Below the pieces are notes generated by a model that saw only the letters and a program-made list of their open reading frames with translations, was not told the origin of the DNA and ran no database searches. Shown piece by piece: positions 63,917-64,000 of a DNA stretch of 64,000 nucleotides. The stretch is from the NCBI RefSeq assembly GCF_006345805.1, contig NC_043013.1:54622001-54686000 (forward strand). The letters are read 5' to 3'. A program made the position numbers and the translations under genes. Each line of letters opens with the position of its first letter. Within the stretch, counting starts at the first letter, position 1. The stretch comes from Octopus sinensis (lineage: Eukaryota).

Positions 63917-63930
63917 GTGCCACCTGGTGG
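63917..63930 (-). promoter_or_regulatory. CTCF-consensus-like site
   Basis: Minus strand reads CCACCAGGTGGCAC, fitting the CCASYAGRKGGCR core. This is a motif match only. Confidence 0.3.
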
Positions 63931-64000
63931 GAGGAAAAGTGATTGAAAATTTTCATGATAAAACAAGATAAAGGTGGACGTGAAATGATACGGTTGAATT

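Overview
A 64-kb, AT-rich, repeat-saturated eukaryotic window with no complete protein-coding gene. Its SINE, MITE and microsatellite content looks like an octopus or other coleoid cephalopod intron or intergenic region (taxon inferred, not provable from sequence). Nearly every ORF in the supplied track is a translation of (TA)n, (CA)n, (TATC)n or (ACC/ATC)n repeats. The only recognisable coding sequence is LINE debris: a CR1-clade 3' end at 39.7-40.1 kb, another CR1-group 3' end at 11.1-11.4 kb and an RTE reverse transcriptase fragment at 7.8-7.9 kb. The rest is four tRNA-SINE or LINE-tail families, hAT-like, piggyBac-like and foldback MITEs, and a Helentron-type HINE nested in a MITE. The main finding is a set of minimal type I hammerhead ribozyme (HHR) motifs in short, often (TA)n-embedded islands. 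Two are essentially intact (17172-17214 minus, 29759-29845 plus), five carry point changes (2985, 28194, 28846, 29326, 29996) and two are decayed (49067, 56635). Five lie within 2 kb at 28.2-30.0 kb. Their stems differ in sequence but keep pairing, and stem III is a different palindrome or near-palindrome in each family (ACAAUUGU, ACUCGAGU, ACGAUUGU, AACGUU), as expected for dimer-dependent HHRs of Penelope-like elements and retrozymes. One HHR is enclosed by a 53-bp inverted repeat. Other notable items are a perfect 60-bp inverted repeat, a triple octamer/TAATTA cluster, SINEs that swap 3' modules at a microsatellite hinge, and a candidate terminal exon on the minus strand.
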